From NCBI GenBank assembly GCA_044368575.1, contig JBIPPH010000007.1, positions 1,180 through 65,179 on the forward strand: a stretch of 64,000 bases of DNA. Direction: 5' to 3'. The number at the start of each line of letters is the position of its first letter. Position 1 is the stretch's first letter. Shown here piece by piece: positions 8,680-18,824 of the stretch. The position numbers and the translations under genes were made by a program. This DNA comes from Bacteroidia bacterium. Its GTDB lineage: Bacteria; Bacteroidota; Bacteroidia; NS11-12g; UBA955. A model generated the notes under the pieces. It saw only the letters and a program-made list of their open reading frames with translations. It ran no database searches and was not told the DNA's origin.

Positions 8680-11600
8680 TTTAAAAGCACAATTTTGCCT
8701 ATAGCTTGTTTGAATAATTGATTGTTGTTTTTATCCGCTTCAAGTAGAGCATTACCATCTGTATTATCTAACTGTTGAATGCGTTCTCCGTTTTGTTGAA
8801 TATTGACCACATACAAATACACGCCATTGGCTAGTCGATCGCCAAATTCATCTGTACCATCCCATACCACTTCGCTGATGTTGTTGCCAATTCTAATTGG
8901 GCCTAAATCTGCTTTGTGAATTTGTTTCACAATACGCCCTTGTATGGTCATGATATTGATGTCAATTTTTTCAGGTACCTCATCGCCGGTTAGTGTAAAC
9001 ACAAAGCGCATAGAGCTGGTAAATGGATTAGGATAAGGGTAAAAGTGAGTGCTTGAACTTTTGCCAATCACAGAAAATTGTATGCTGTATTCTGTAGGTG
9101 CAGCCCAATTACCACTGGCATCTATAGATTGCACTTTTAGGGTGTAAATCCCATCTTTTAGTTGAGTTGGTTGAAACTCTGCTCTTGCTAGGTTTTGTGC
9201 ATTCGTGGCCGGAAAATATTTAACATTAAAACTATCGAAATCAATTACCTCAAATTGGGTACTGTTTGGTTTTTTCAACCAAATTTTTATGCGACTAGTA
9301 TCAGATTGCCAGTTGAGTTTATTCTCATCCTTGCTGATAATATTGATCACAGGTTTAGCAGAAACAATCTCACCGTTCATAATGCGCTTACCATCAAAAG
9401 TAACTTCTAAAAGGGGGTTGATATTGTCTGCAATCACATAAAAATATTTAACCGCCGTATTGTTACTCAAAGATTGTTCTGGTAAAATGGCCTTTTGATA
9501 AGGGCTGAAATTAACTTTGATGGTGTAAGCATATCTGCCACTCATTTGTTTGGTTGAGTATTTAGCAGGTACCATAAAAAAGGCATTGGCTTTTAAACTG
9601 TCAGTGCTGGTATAGGTCTGATTAAATACAGTGTCTTTCGTATCAACTTGGTAAATGATCACTTGCTGTTGCAAACCTTTTGCAAATGGCATTTTGGAGA
9701 TGTTTTGAAAAGCCATTGAAAAATCAAAAGTTTCACCTTGTCTGAGGGTATCGCGCCATACTGAAGCATTGATGTTTGGATTTAAGCTGCCTTCGGGCAC
9801 ATCGCTGGCAGTTACGCGCCAATGTTTCAATTGTGGTGGGGTGTAGTATTGATTGTCTTTGAATTGCGCTTCCAAATAGATATTCGGAAACGTTTGAGCT
9901 GGAATGCTGCTGATATCAATGGGTTGTTGGGTTATGTTCTTAAACCACAAAGTATCTTTTCCGTTTTGATGGATGGCGTGCACCGTTATCTTTAAACTAT
10001 CGTAAGGATTAGGTTCTTGTGTATGGCTATGAAAATACACGGTATGCCATTGACTGGTTGGTCCAATCCATTCAGAACTTAAGCGGCCAAAACCTCTTTT
10101 ACCCAATAGGTTTTTTTCAAGTTCTATGTATCCGCCTTTACCATCGTAATAGTTGCCAGTGTCTTCCAAAGCTGTACCAATTGCACTGCCTTTTTTACCA
10201 ATCATGGCATAAGAGGTTAAGTTGCTGTTAATGTGTTGAACCAATTCAGCGCCCAATTTTTCAAAGGCATTTAAGACTTGAGGCGTAAAATAATTTGGCG
10301 GTATACCATTCACATTACAAAGGACCACATTGGTGCTATCTGGAATAGAATCAACCCAACGAATAAAGTTATTAGCATTACTCGGATCTAATGAAAAGTT
10401 ATAGGCTTTAAGGGCATTTTCATAATAGTCCATGCCATAGAATTTATTAGGATTAAAAATGCCGGGTAATTGTATTTGTTGCAGAGTGTTGCGATCAAAT
10501 AAAACTGCAACAATATTGTCTGAAGCACCAGGGTTTAAAGACATGGCCGCTTGCCCACCTTTTTTAATACCGAAGTTTGGTTTTTTATCGACGTAAGTAT
10601 TGACGTATACCTTTTCCGCAATTGCTGAAAATTCAAAAGTTTTGCGCTTAGTATTCAGTTCTATATTGTTTAATCGACTATTGTTAAATTGAGGGAAGTC
10701 AGATTGAGACCACCCATCTGCATGATTGAATACATGAACAAAACTTCTTTCTGACCAATAACCACCTTGCACTGTGCCGGTAGATATTCTACAACGCCAA
10801 TAATACACCGTGCTGTCTTTTTGACCAATGAGTTTAACCTTCCATGATTTTAACTGTCCTATAATGCTGCCAGCACTATCTTTTTTTAGCCATGGACTAT
10901 TAAAGTTCTGCACGGTATCAATTTCAAATACAAATTGGTAATTCTTTTCAAACAGATTGAGGGCTTGTGCTTTGAGTTCAACGGTATCATTGTTTAAATC
11001 ATGAACGATGTCAAAGCGTTTAGGCAAAATTAAATTGATGCCATTGCCAGGGATGTAGGGGTTAAAAGCCGCTCTGTTATTAGCGTAATTGCTCTCAGGT
11101 ACTTGCCAATCATAGTTAATATTCACTATGAATTGATTGATCCCAGCACTAGCCATGTCTTTGGATTTGATGTACAAGTAGAGGGTATCTCTAAATGCAA
11201 TAGGCGCTACTCTAAAACGATACGTATTAACAATAAAATTATTTGGATAATGCCTTTCAATTAACACGTTAAAAGAGTCTGCACTGTATTGACCTTTATT
11301 TTCAATTGGAATGCCAATAGCAAACGAATCACTAACCGCTGTTGCATTATTCGGGTATAAGAACAATGTTGGATCTGAAACTGCGTAATCTGCCTCAGTT
11401 GGTTGATAGAATCTAACCGAAGGATCGCCTTGTAGAAACAATTCTCTGGCTTGAATTCTACTAAGTATCCAAGTGTAATTGTTGGTGGCATACAACATGT
11501 CTTGAATGGCTTCGCCAATAGTATAATTGCCATTGTAATTCAAGGCGTAAGCTTGTCTATACAAATTGTTGATTTGTTGATCTACCAAGCCTAATTCAGA

Positions 11601-13769
11601 TAAACCCGTTTGACCTAAAAAGGCAATCGCACCTTTTTGATGACTCTTCACAAACAGTTCTCCTGAAAGTTTGATGTTGGCAGCCGGAGGGCCTAAACAA
11701 GGATTGCCAATGCTACAACCATTAAAATAAAAAATGGGGTATTTATTGGTGTTGCGGTATTCTGAAGTGTCGCCAATGTCAATGTCTGTAACGGCAGCTG
11801 AACCATGTCCTAAAAAGGTAATCATTTGCACACCTTGGTTCACATACTCAATCGCTTTTTCTTTTAAATAAGGTTCCGAAATACCAACTGCAGATTTTGT
11901 AAAAGTATTTACCGAACCACCAAGTGGTTTGCTCTTAACCCAATTGGCAGAGGCGTCAAGTTTGTTTTTAATGAGATTGGTTTGAAATAAGTTATCACCA
12001 CCAGCTAAGTGCAGGCACTGTTTACGCCATAAAGCATCTTGTTGTGCATCGTATGTTTTGAGTTTATTTAAATAAATGCTCAGGTCTTTTTCTTGATCTA
12101 TAGACAATCTGCCGGTAGCAATTGCAGGCACCAAATTAGAATCTTTTTGCATGCAAGAAAAAAGATTGTCAGAGGCTGGTACACCTATAGCAGGCACTAA
12201 ATTTTTATTGAGATTATTAGAACGCACCAAATTACTTTGATAACCTCTTCCTACCAATAGCATGAACTTCAAAGTTGTGTCGCCTTGTTTGAGCAAATAC
12301 TGAATATATCGCTGAAGCGCAATTGGATGCGGAATGCCATAACTAAAATGGTTGTACAAGGTTTGTATACTGATGCTTTTGCAAGGACTTGTATGCGCAG
12401 TTGTGTTTTTATAAGCCACAAAGTCTTGCATGGTTTCGCCCATAAGTTTTGGATGCGATACCACTATCATTTTGTTTTGATTGATGCTGTTTTTCGGATC
12501 AAATGTTAGCAGGCTATCATAAGTGGTTTCTGAACTTATACCAGCCGCAATTTGATATGGTTGAAGGTAGACAATGTCTGAACTATCACAGATCCAATAT
12601 TGACTTAATCCATTACTAGGAGGTACTATGCAGCGCGCACTATTGCTATTGTATTTTTCTGTACGAATGCGCACACCGTTGTTTAAATCGTATACAATGG
12701 CTGATTTAAAATTGTTGGGTAAATTTTTCCAATCCAAATGCCTAGGGCTATTATTGCCGTATAATGCAAAACCTAAGCGCGGCAAATTATCGAGATCCAA
12801 TTGTCTTGGATATTGAAGTTTGGCATAGTTGATAGCATGTGCTTGATAGGTAACTCCACTAATGAATTGACTTTCAAACTTAAAATAAGTGCTTTGATTG
12901 CTTAAACGGTTCAATGGCAAATCAAGGCTTTTTTTAATGATATCAAACCCTTCGTAAGTGGTATCAAATTCTGTTTGAAAACTGAAATTATCAGTGCTGC
13001 TGTATAATTTAAGATGGTGGTCGTTTTGAATAGCAAGCTGATTACTGCCACCTACAACTGAAAAATTCAGTTTGGCCATTGGCCCAGAGTTGGCTAATAG
13101 TTTTGTGTTAAGAGCAAGATTCAAAGCAGTATAATTATTGCCATTGCCAAAATACTGACTGCAATAACCTTCAGCCCTTGTATAGTCTGGGTTTTCTGAT
13201 TCAGAACTCGATACCAATGCTTTTTGACCTCGGTTGTATTCATCAGTATATTTAACCAATGACTCAACCCAACAATAAGGTTCAACTGTGAAATTCGCAT
13301 AAGCGCTGTTGCGGTATTGGGTCATGTGCCAAGGCGTGCTAGCACTTGATCCTGGCAAACAGGTTAAAAAATAATAAGCAGTATCTGTGTACATACTGCC
13401 GGCTGTATTGGCTAAATCATTCGGGTTTTCGAATAAGGCTTGATCAAGTGAACCGTCATTGCCTTTTCCGAAGAACTCAATAAAATCTGAGCTATTAAAA
13501 ATGTTGTCTGACTCACCGGCTACATAAATGGGTACTTCAATACCGTTGCAATACATTTGCCATTTTTTAGGATTGACTGTGGTCAAATCCATTTTCATAT
13601 CAGTAGCTGCGTTTATGAGCGAAGAAAAATCCAATCTGTAAATGCCATTTTTGGCCACAGGAATTTTAAAATATTTTTGATTGGGCAATATCCATTCATT
13701 CCCCATGGTCTGCGCCATTGACACTATACCAACAAGGTAAAACAAACATAATATTGAGGTTTTTTTCAT
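8676..13769 (-). CDS. Large C25 (gingipain-like) cysteine peptidase domain protein with T9SS C-terminal domain
   Basis: About 1697 aa from the first ATG (the ORF-track start is TTG). Signal peptide. His/Cys dyad context FLGHGSAAV...(about 37 aa)...YFNGCSIGNPC resembles peptidase C25. The C-terminus carries YPNPF...GVYLYVV CTD motifs. Confidence 0.65.
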   Translation of the reverse strand: MKKTSILCLFYLVGIVSMAQTMGNEWILPNQKYFKIPVAKNGIYRLDFSSLINAATDMKMDLTTVNPKKWQMYCNGIEVPIYVAGESDNIFNSSDFIEFFGKGNDGSLDQALFENPNDLANTAGSMYTDTAYYFLTCLPGSSASTPWHMTQYRNSAYANFTVEPYCWVESLVKYTDEYNRGQKALVSSSESENPDYTRAEGYCSQYFGNGNNYTALNLALNTKLLANSGPMAKLNFSVVGGSNQLAIQNDHHLKLYSSTDNFSFQTEFDTTYEGFDIIKKSLDLPLNRLSNQSTYFKFESQFISGVTYQAHAINYAKLQYPRQLDLDNLPRLGFALYGNNSPRHLDWKNLPNNFKSAIVYDLNNGVRIRTEKYNSNSARCIVPPSNGLSQYWICDSSDIVYLQPYQIAAGISSETTYDSLLTFDPKNSINQNKMIVVSHPKLMGETMQDFVAYKNTTAHTSPCKSISIQTLYNHFSYGIPHPIALQRYIQYLLKQGDTTLKFMLLVGRGYQSNLVRSNNLNKNLVPAIGVPASDNLFSCMQKDSNLVPAIATGRLSIDQEKDLSIYLNKLKTYDAQQDALWRKQCLHLAGGDNLFQTNLIKNKLDASANWVKSKPLGGSVNTFTKSAVGISEPYLKEKAIEYVNQGVQMITFLGHGSAAVTDIDIGDTSEYRNTNKYPIFYFNGCSIGNPCLGPPAANIKLSGELFVKSHQKGAIAFLGQTGLSELGLVDQQINNLYRQAYALNYNGNYTIGEAIQDMLYATNNYTWILSRIQARELFLQGDPSVRFYQPTEADYAVSDPTLFLYPNNATAVSDSFAIGIPIENKGQYSADSFNVLIERHYPNNFIVNTYRFRVAPIAFRDTLYLYIKSKDMASAGINQFIVNINYDWQVPESNYANNRAAFNPYIPGNGINLILPKRFDIVHDLNNDTVELKAQALNLFEKNYQFVFEIDTVQNFNSPWLKKDSAGSIIGQLKSWKVKLIGQKDSTVYYWRCRISTGTVQGGYWSERSFVHVFNHADGWSQSDFPQFNNSRLNNIELNTKRKTFEFSAIAEKVYVNTYVDKKPNFGIKKGGQAAMSLNPGASDNIVAVLFDRNTLQQIQLPGIFNPNKFYGMDYYENALKAYNFSLDPSNANNFIRWVDSIPDSTNVVLCNVNGIPPNYFTPQVLNAFEKLGAELVQHINSNLTSYAMIGKKGSAIGTALEDTGNYYDGKGGYIELEKNLLGKRGFGRLSSEWIGPTSQWHTVYFHSHTQEPNPYDSLKITVHAIHQNGKDTLWFKNITQQPIDISSIPAQTFPNIYLEAQFKDNQYYTPPQLKHWRVTASDVPEGSLNPNINASVWRDTLRQGETFDFSMAFQNISKMPFAKGLQQQVIIYQVDTKDTVFNQTYTSTDSLKANAFFMVPAKYSTKQMSGRYAYTIKVNFSPYQKAILPEQSLSNNTAVKYFYVIADNINPLLEVTFDGKRIMNGEIVSAKPVINIISKDENKLNWQSDTSRIKIWLKKPNSTQFEVIDFDSFNVKYFPATNAQNLARAEFQPTQLKDGIYTLKVQSIDASGNWAAPTEYSIQFSVIGKSSSTHFYPYPNPFTSSMRFVFTLTGDEVPEKIDINIMTIQGRIVKQIHKADLGPIRIGNNISEVVWDGTDEFGDRLANGVYLYVVNIQQNGERIQQLDNTDGNALLEADKNNNQLFKQAIGKIVLLK

Positions 13770-13826
13770 CAATTGATACAGCTCTCTACAAAATTACTGA
13801 ATATTGTAACAGAATTTCAGAATTTT

Positions 13827-14537
13827 ATGCCATTAGCCTATAAAAGTGTGTTGTATTTAGTGCCCATTCCAATCAATGAGGCAGATGTTCATTGGAGCAT
13901 TCCTCAAAAAGTGATTGAAAAGATACAATCTATCCCTTGTTTTATTGTTGAAAACGCCAAAACAGCTAGGCATTATTTAAAACGCGTTCACCCCGGAATA
14001 GTATGGGATAAGGTCCATATAGAAGAAATGGACAAACACAACATGGCGCAGCAAATGAACACCTTTAAGACCTTGTTTAAAACCTATCCTGAAATTGGTT
14101 TAATGTCTGAGGCTGGTTTACCTTGTATAGCAGATCCTGGCAATAGCATAGTGCAATTGGCGCATGCGCAACAAGTGAGAGTAAGTCCTTTAACAGGGCC
14201 ATCATCTATTGTATTGGCCCTAATCGCAAGCGGTTTGAACGGACAATCATTCAAGTTTAATGGCTACTTGCCAAGTAAAACAGAGGAAAAACGCAAGCAA
14301 TTATTGCTGTTAGAAAAACAATGTATTCATACCACACAATTGTTTATTGAAGCGCCCTACAGAAATGAACAAATGCTCAAAGACTTGACCCAAATGTTAC
14401 AAGCTAATACTAAATTGCTCATTGCTTTTGATATTGGTGGCGAACAAGAAATGATCATTTGTCAACCTGTTCAATGGTATAGAAACAATACCATTCAATT
14501 GGGCAAAACACCTTGTATGTTTGGAATAGGCAATTAA
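13827..14537 (+). CDS. SAM-dependent methyltransferase, tetrapyrrole-methylase (RsmI-like) family
   Basis: N-terminus KSVLYLVPIPI(N) matches the RsmI LYLVPTPIGN pattern. GLPCIADPG matches the TP-methylase GLP.ISDPG motif. I moved the start to the internal ATG at 13827, because the ORF-track TTG at 13773 abuts the divergent gene. Confidence 0.65.
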   Translation: MPLAYKSVLYLVPIPINEADVHWSIPQKVIEKIQSIPCFIVENAKTARHYLKRVHPGIVWDKVHIEEMDKHNMAQQMNTFKTLFKTYPEIGLMSEAGLPCIADPGNSIVQLAHAQQVRVSPLTGPSSIVLALIASGLNGQSFKFNGYLPSKTEEKRKQLLLLEKQCIHTTQLFIEAPYRNEQMLKDLTQMLQANTKLLIAFDIGGEQEMIICQPVQWYRNNTIQLGKTPCMFGIGN

Positions 14538-16232
14538 TTAAACACTGGTAATGGCGTTTATAACGCCCTCAAGTGTTAATTGAATGAACACATTTCTGAA
14601 CCTTAGAGACCAAAGGGCAAAAATCACTAATCCAGTCAATAGACTTATAATAAGGCCTTTGCTAAACAAAGGATTTTGATAGCTTAAACTGCCTTTCCCT
14701 GAGGCTTGCTGTATGGCCAATAAGCCATTGTGATTGGTTAATTTACCCTGGCCTTTCAGTTGCCATTGAGATTGGTAACGCATATTCAATATTACCATAG
14801 AATCTGTGGCAGTGTAGTCTATTTTCTTAGGGCTAAATGATTGAAGACTTGCTCCGGAAATGAAGGTGTTTAGGGTGTCGCCCACTGGTTTTAAGTGCAA
14901 AGGCTCATACGCATTGACAACGAAATTTTGCTGCTGAATTTGTGGAAACATCAAGTCCTTTTCGGTTTTCAATTTAACCACTGCGTGTTTAGACTGCACA
15001 CTGGCAATAGTCTCTATTCTTGGGCTAAAAACCATGCCATTGCTGATAGAAAAATAATTTAAACCTTGGCTCAAAGTAAAACCAATTAAAATAATGTAAA
15101 TCAGTTTTTTATCATGGTATAACGATAGGGTTTTAACACAGAGGACTGCGCCAGCAAATAAACTGATTAATCCGATGCGATAAGGGGCTCGAATACCATC
15201 AAAAATACCGACAAAATGATGCAAAACGTACCAAGGATTCACCATGCTCGGAAAATTGCCTAAATTGATCCATACTACCGCAATTGAAAGTATCAACCAT
15301 GTTTTAAAGCCTTTAATGGCTTTGATTTTATACAAGGCTAAGAGTATAAGTATGAGTGGAAATCCGATACTGATTTCATGCCATTGATGAGGGGTTTTGC
15401 TGTCTATAGGGTAATCTAACCAAGCGCATAGCCAAACCAAAGGAGATATACTGCTATCATCAGTTACCAATCTGGGTTGGGTTTGCCATAAATCCATGGC
15501 GGGTATAATCTTCCAGGCGTTTAATAACAAGGCCACCACAAAGGCAAAACACATATACAGTAACCATTTGCTTTTAACGGTTTTATTCAACCACAAACCA
15601 ATGCTCCACAAACACAAACTCAATACAATGAAGATGAATATTAAAGGCGCACCGCCAGCTATCGGTAAGGCTAATATCAAACTGCCTTTTATCCAGGCAT
15701 TGAATTTCCCAGATTGTTTAAACACATCAAACCAATAGAAACACCATGGTAACCAATAAGCATGCATAAAATTAGAATGCCCAGCCTCCCAAATATGCCT
15801 GCTAAAGTATGAGGCGCTTAGGGTAATTAAACTCATGCAAAGGTTAATGAATTGATCTGATTGCAAACGATTAAACCATTTGAAAAAGCCCCAGAAGCCA
15901 ATCAACATAGATAGGAATACACTGAACTTCAATCCGTAAAATGTGCCCAATAACAAAACAGGAATAAAGTAAATGGAAACCACTACAGACTGTGGGTTGG
16001 CATCCATATCGCTACCAAAGGCTGCATAAGGCTGATAACTCGGCCATTGATGGTAATCAACAATGCTTGACCTTGCCATTTCAAAGGTTGAATAGGTTAG
16101 ATCCCAGTCACCTTTGCCATAAAATCCCCATTGACGCGGCACAATCAAATTGCTGATCAAAAGGCACCAAAGCAGGGCAATGGCCCAAATCTTTGCCTTT
16201 GAATCTATGGCTTTGTGAATGCGCTCAATCAT
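14538..16232 (-). CDS. Polytopic integral membrane protein, function unknown (possibly GT-C-like)
   Basis: 564 aa with more than 10 hydrophobic helices, followed by a hydrophilic C-terminal domain of about 150 aa. No diagnostic motif recognised. Confidence 0.55.
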   Translation of the reverse strand: MIERIHKAIDSKAKIWAIALLWCLLISNLIVPRQWGFYGKGDWDLTYSTFEMARSSIVDYHQWPSYQPYAAFGSDMDANPQSVVVSIYFIPVLLLGTFYGLKFSVFLSMLIGFWGFFKWFNRLQSDQFINLCMSLITLSASYFSRHIWEAGHSNFMHAYWLPWCFYWFDVFKQSGKFNAWIKGSLILALPIAGGAPLIFIFIVLSLCLWSIGLWLNKTVKSKWLLYMCFAFVVALLLNAWKIIPAMDLWQTQPRLVTDDSSISPLVWLCAWLDYPIDSKTPHQWHEISIGFPLILILLALYKIKAIKGFKTWLILSIAVVWINLGNFPSMVNPWYVLHHFVGIFDGIRAPYRIGLISLFAGAVLCVKTLSLYHDKKLIYIILIGFTLSQGLNYFSISNGMVFSPRIETIASVQSKHAVVKLKTEKDLMFPQIQQQNFVVNAYEPLHLKPVGDTLNTFISGASLQSFSPKKIDYTATDSMVILNMRYQSQWQLKGQGKLTNHNGLLAIQQASGKGSLSYQNPLFSKGLIISLLTGLVIFALWSLRFRNVFIQLTLEGVINAITSV

Positions 16233-16236
16233 ATCG

Positions 16237-16261
16237 TAAAAAAGGGGCCTTGTGAGCCCCT
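16237..16261 (-). terminator. Rho-independent terminator after metK
   Basis: On the minus strand: stem GGGGC(U)/..GCCCC with a 7-nt loop, followed by a U-run (complement of A-run 16237-16243). It lies directly 3' of metK. Confidence 0.6.
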
Positions 16262-16266
16262 TGATC

Positions 16267-17520
16267 TTATTTCAATTTGAAAGCTTTTTTTACTTTATCA
16301 ACGTAATCTAGTTTTTCCCAAGTGAATAATTCAACCTTAACAGATTTGGTTTTTCCTTCAGGAGATTTAAACGTTTTGGTAACCACTTTAGATTCTCTAC
16401 CCATGTGACCATATGCTGCAGTCTCACTGTAGATAGGGTTTCTTAACTTTAAACGTTGTTCGATAAAGTATGGACGCATGTCAAAAATCTCAGCAACGAT
16501 TTTGCCGATTTCGCCATCAGTCATTTTAACTTTAGAGGTACCGTAAGTATTGACATTGATACTGGTTGGTTTTGCTACACCAATGGCATAACTCACTTGA
16601 ACCAATACTTCTTTACATAAACCTGCAGCCACTAAGTTTTTAGCAATGTGACGTGTTGCATAGGCAGCGCTTCTATCAACCTTTGAAGGATCTTTTCCGC
16701 TGAAAGCACCACCACCATGAGCACCTTTGCCACCGTATGTATCAACAATAATTTTACGACCTGTTAAACCAGTATCGCCATGCGGACCACCAATCACAAA
16801 TTTGCCAGTAGGGTTAATGTGATAAGTGATTTTATCATTGAATAATTTCTTGTATTTAGGGTATTTGGCTTTTACTCTTGGGATAAGAATATCAACCATG
16901 TCCTTTTTGATTTTAGCCAACATCTTAGCTTCTGAATCGAAGTCATCGTGTTGAGTTGAAATCACTATGGCATCAATTCTAACGGGTTCGTTTTTATCAT
17001 TATACTCAAGGGTTACTTGGCTTTTAGCATCAGGTCTTAAGTATTTAATGGCTTTGTTTTCTCTTCTTAACGCTGCTAATTCAATTAGAATTTTATGCGA
17101 TAAATCAAGGGCTAACGGCATGTAGTTATCCGTTTCAACTGAGGCATAACCAAACATCATACCTTGGTCACCAGCACCTTGTTCTTCTTTTTTCTTTTTA
17201 TCAACGCCTTGGTTAATGTCTGAAGATTGTTCGTGAATGGCAGACAATACACCACAAGAATTGGCTTCAAACATGTATTCACTTTTGGTGTAACCGATTT
17301 TCTTGATCACATCTCTAGCGATGGTTTGAACATCGAGGTAAGCTGATGATTTTACCTCACCAGCTAAAACCACTTGTCCTGTTGTTACCAGGGTTTCACA
17401 AGCCACTTTACTTTGTGGGTCAAACGCAAGAAAATTGTCAATGAGGGCATCACTGATTTGGTCGGCCACTTTATCTGGGTGTCCTTCTGATACCGATTCT
17501 GAGGTAAATAAATAAGGCAT
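16267..17520 (-). CDS. metK: S-adenosylmethionine synthetase
   Basis: GHPDK, GAGDQG and [16 protein letters not shown] signature motifs. 417 aa. Confidence 0.95.
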   Translation of the reverse strand: MPYLFTSESVSEGHPDKVADQISDALIDNFLAFDPQSKVACETLVTTGQVVLAGEVKSSAYLDVQTIARDVIKKIGYTKSEYMFEANSCGVLSAIHEQSSDINQGVDKKKKEEQGAGDQGMMFGYASVETDNYMPLALDLSHKILIELAALRRENKAIKYLRPDAKSQVTLEYNDKNEPVRIDAIVISTQHDDFDSEAKMLAKIKKDMVDILIPRVKAKYPKYKKLFNDKITYHINPTGKFVIGGPHGDTGLTGRKIIVDTYGGKGAHGGGAFSGKDPSKVDRSAAYATRHIAKNLVAAGLCKEVLVQVSYAIGVAKPTSINVNTYGTSKVKMTDGEIGKIVAEIFDMRPYFIEQRLKLRNPIYSETAAYGHMGRESKVVTKTFKSPEGKTKSVKVELFTWEKLDYVDKVKKAFKLK

Positions 17521-17587
17521 AAGTTTTACAAATAGTTGTGCAAAAGTAAGCGATTAATTGAATGTTTGCAAAGAAGTAATCCGCGGC

Positions 17588-18820
17588 TTAATGATGAATG
17601 GTTTCACCTTCCATTTTACTAACGGCTACAGTGGCTACAGCGTTTCCAACCACGTTAGTGGCTGTTCTGCCCATGTCTAAAAACTGATCAATAGGCAACA
17701 ACAAGGCTAAGCCTGCCTCTGGTATACCAAATCCTGCAACAGTGGCAGCAATCACTACTAAAGAGGCTCTGGGCACACCAGCAATCCCTTTACTGGTTAC
17801 CATCAGCACCAATAGCATGGTGATTTGTTGTGATATACTCAAGTCAATACCATAAGCTTGCGCTATCAATAATGAACCGAAGGTCATATACATCATGCTG
17901 CCATCGAGGTTAAATGAATACCCCAGTGGTAAAACAAAACTGCTGATTTTTTCTTTGACGCCAAATCGATCTAATTGGTTCAATAATTTTGGGTAAGCAG
18001 ACTCACTGCTAGCAGTCGCAAAGGCTAGCATCAAAGGCTCTTTAATATGGCTTAATAAAGACCAAGTTTTTTGCTTGATCATGAGATAACAAAAGCCGAT
18101 TAATACCACCCAAAGGAGCGCTAAACCGCCGTAAAAAACAGCAATCAATTTGCTGTAATCCGCCAAGATGCCAATTCCTTTTTCAGCAATTACTACTGAA
18201 ATAGAAGAAAATACAGCAAGTGGGGCCAACCACATAATGTAATTGGTAAGTTTAAGCATTGCATGGGCCAATGAATCCATCATGGCAATCATAGGTTTGC
18301 CTTTTTCGCCAGTGGCAGATAAGGCCAAGCCAAAAAACACTGAAAATACAACGATTTGCAAGACTGTTTTGTGGGTTGATAAAGCCACTACAATATTTTC
18401 AGGGAACAATTGATCAATGAAGTGTAATAAGGTAAATTCCTGGGTTTGAATTTGACTGCTACTTAGGTGTTGTACCTGATCGGTAAAGGCTGCTCCAGGC
18501 TGAAGCGTGTTGACTAAAACCAAGCCCAAGGTTAAAGACATTAAACTCGCAAATACAAACCAAGCTATGGTTTTTACGCCCATTCGGCCAACTGATTTAG
18601 CATCGCCAATATTGGCCACACCAACTACCAAGGTGCTTAATACCAAAGGTCCAATAATGAGCTTGATGAGTTTAAGAAACACATAGCTACCCAGTTTAGT
18701 GTTGTCAATATACAATTGCAAACTGCTAGGGTCATTATGGAATAAATGGTTAACAATGGCGCCAGCAATTATACCGCCAATAAGTCCTGCTAAAATCCAA
18801 TAGGTGAGTTTGTTTTTCAT
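17588..18820 (-). CDS. Dicarboxylate/amino acid:cation symporter (DAACS/GltP family)
   Basis: About 410 aa with multiple TMs and a re-entrant-loop serine-rich motif (SSESAYP..., LPLGYSFNLDGS). I chose the ATG at 18820; the track start at 18844 is TTG. Confidence 0.8.
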   Translation of the reverse strand: MKNKLTYWILAGLIGGIIAGAIVNHLFHNDPSSLQLYIDNTKLGSYVFLKLIKLIIGPLVLSTLVVGVANIGDAKSVGRMGVKTIAWFVFASLMSLTLGLVLVNTLQPGAAFTDQVQHLSSSQIQTQEFTLLHFIDQLFPENIVVALSTHKTVLQIVVFSVFFGLALSATGEKGKPMIAMMDSLAHAMLKLTNYIMWLAPLAVFSSISVVIAEKGIGILADYSKLIAVFYGGLALLWVVLIGFCYLMIKQKTWSLLSHIKEPLMLAFATASSESAYPKLLNQLDRFGVKEKISSFVLPLGYSFNLDGSMMYMTFGSLLIAQAYGIDLSISQQITMLLVLMVTSKGIAGVPRASLVVIAATVAGFGIPEAGLALLLPIDQFLDMGRTATNVVGNAVATVAVSKMEGETIHH

Positions 18821-18824
18821 AGCG

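Noticed and set aside
8676-13772. Calling the 1.7-kaa C25 protein the T9SS sortase PorU
   Set aside because: PorU is C25-like with a CTD, but it is normally about 1100-1300 aa and genetically linked to porV. Here the downstream gene is a lytic transglycosylase, so I kept the generic C25 cargo call.
13773-13826. ORF-track N-terminal extensions of several genes (TTG/GTG starts at 13773, 18844, 20237, 20308, 33007, 45898, 47593, 56365)
   Set aside because: Each extension runs into the neighbouring gene or promoter and precedes an in-frame ATG. That ATG is followed by a canonical family N-terminus or signal peptide, so the shorter ATG-initiated models were used.
17521-17587. Possible SAM riboswitch upstream of metK
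   Set aside because: Only 67 nt separate metK from the upstream gene. That is too short for SAM-I, and I could not recognise the SAM-II pseudoknot consensus by eye. It would need a covariance-model (Rfam) scan.
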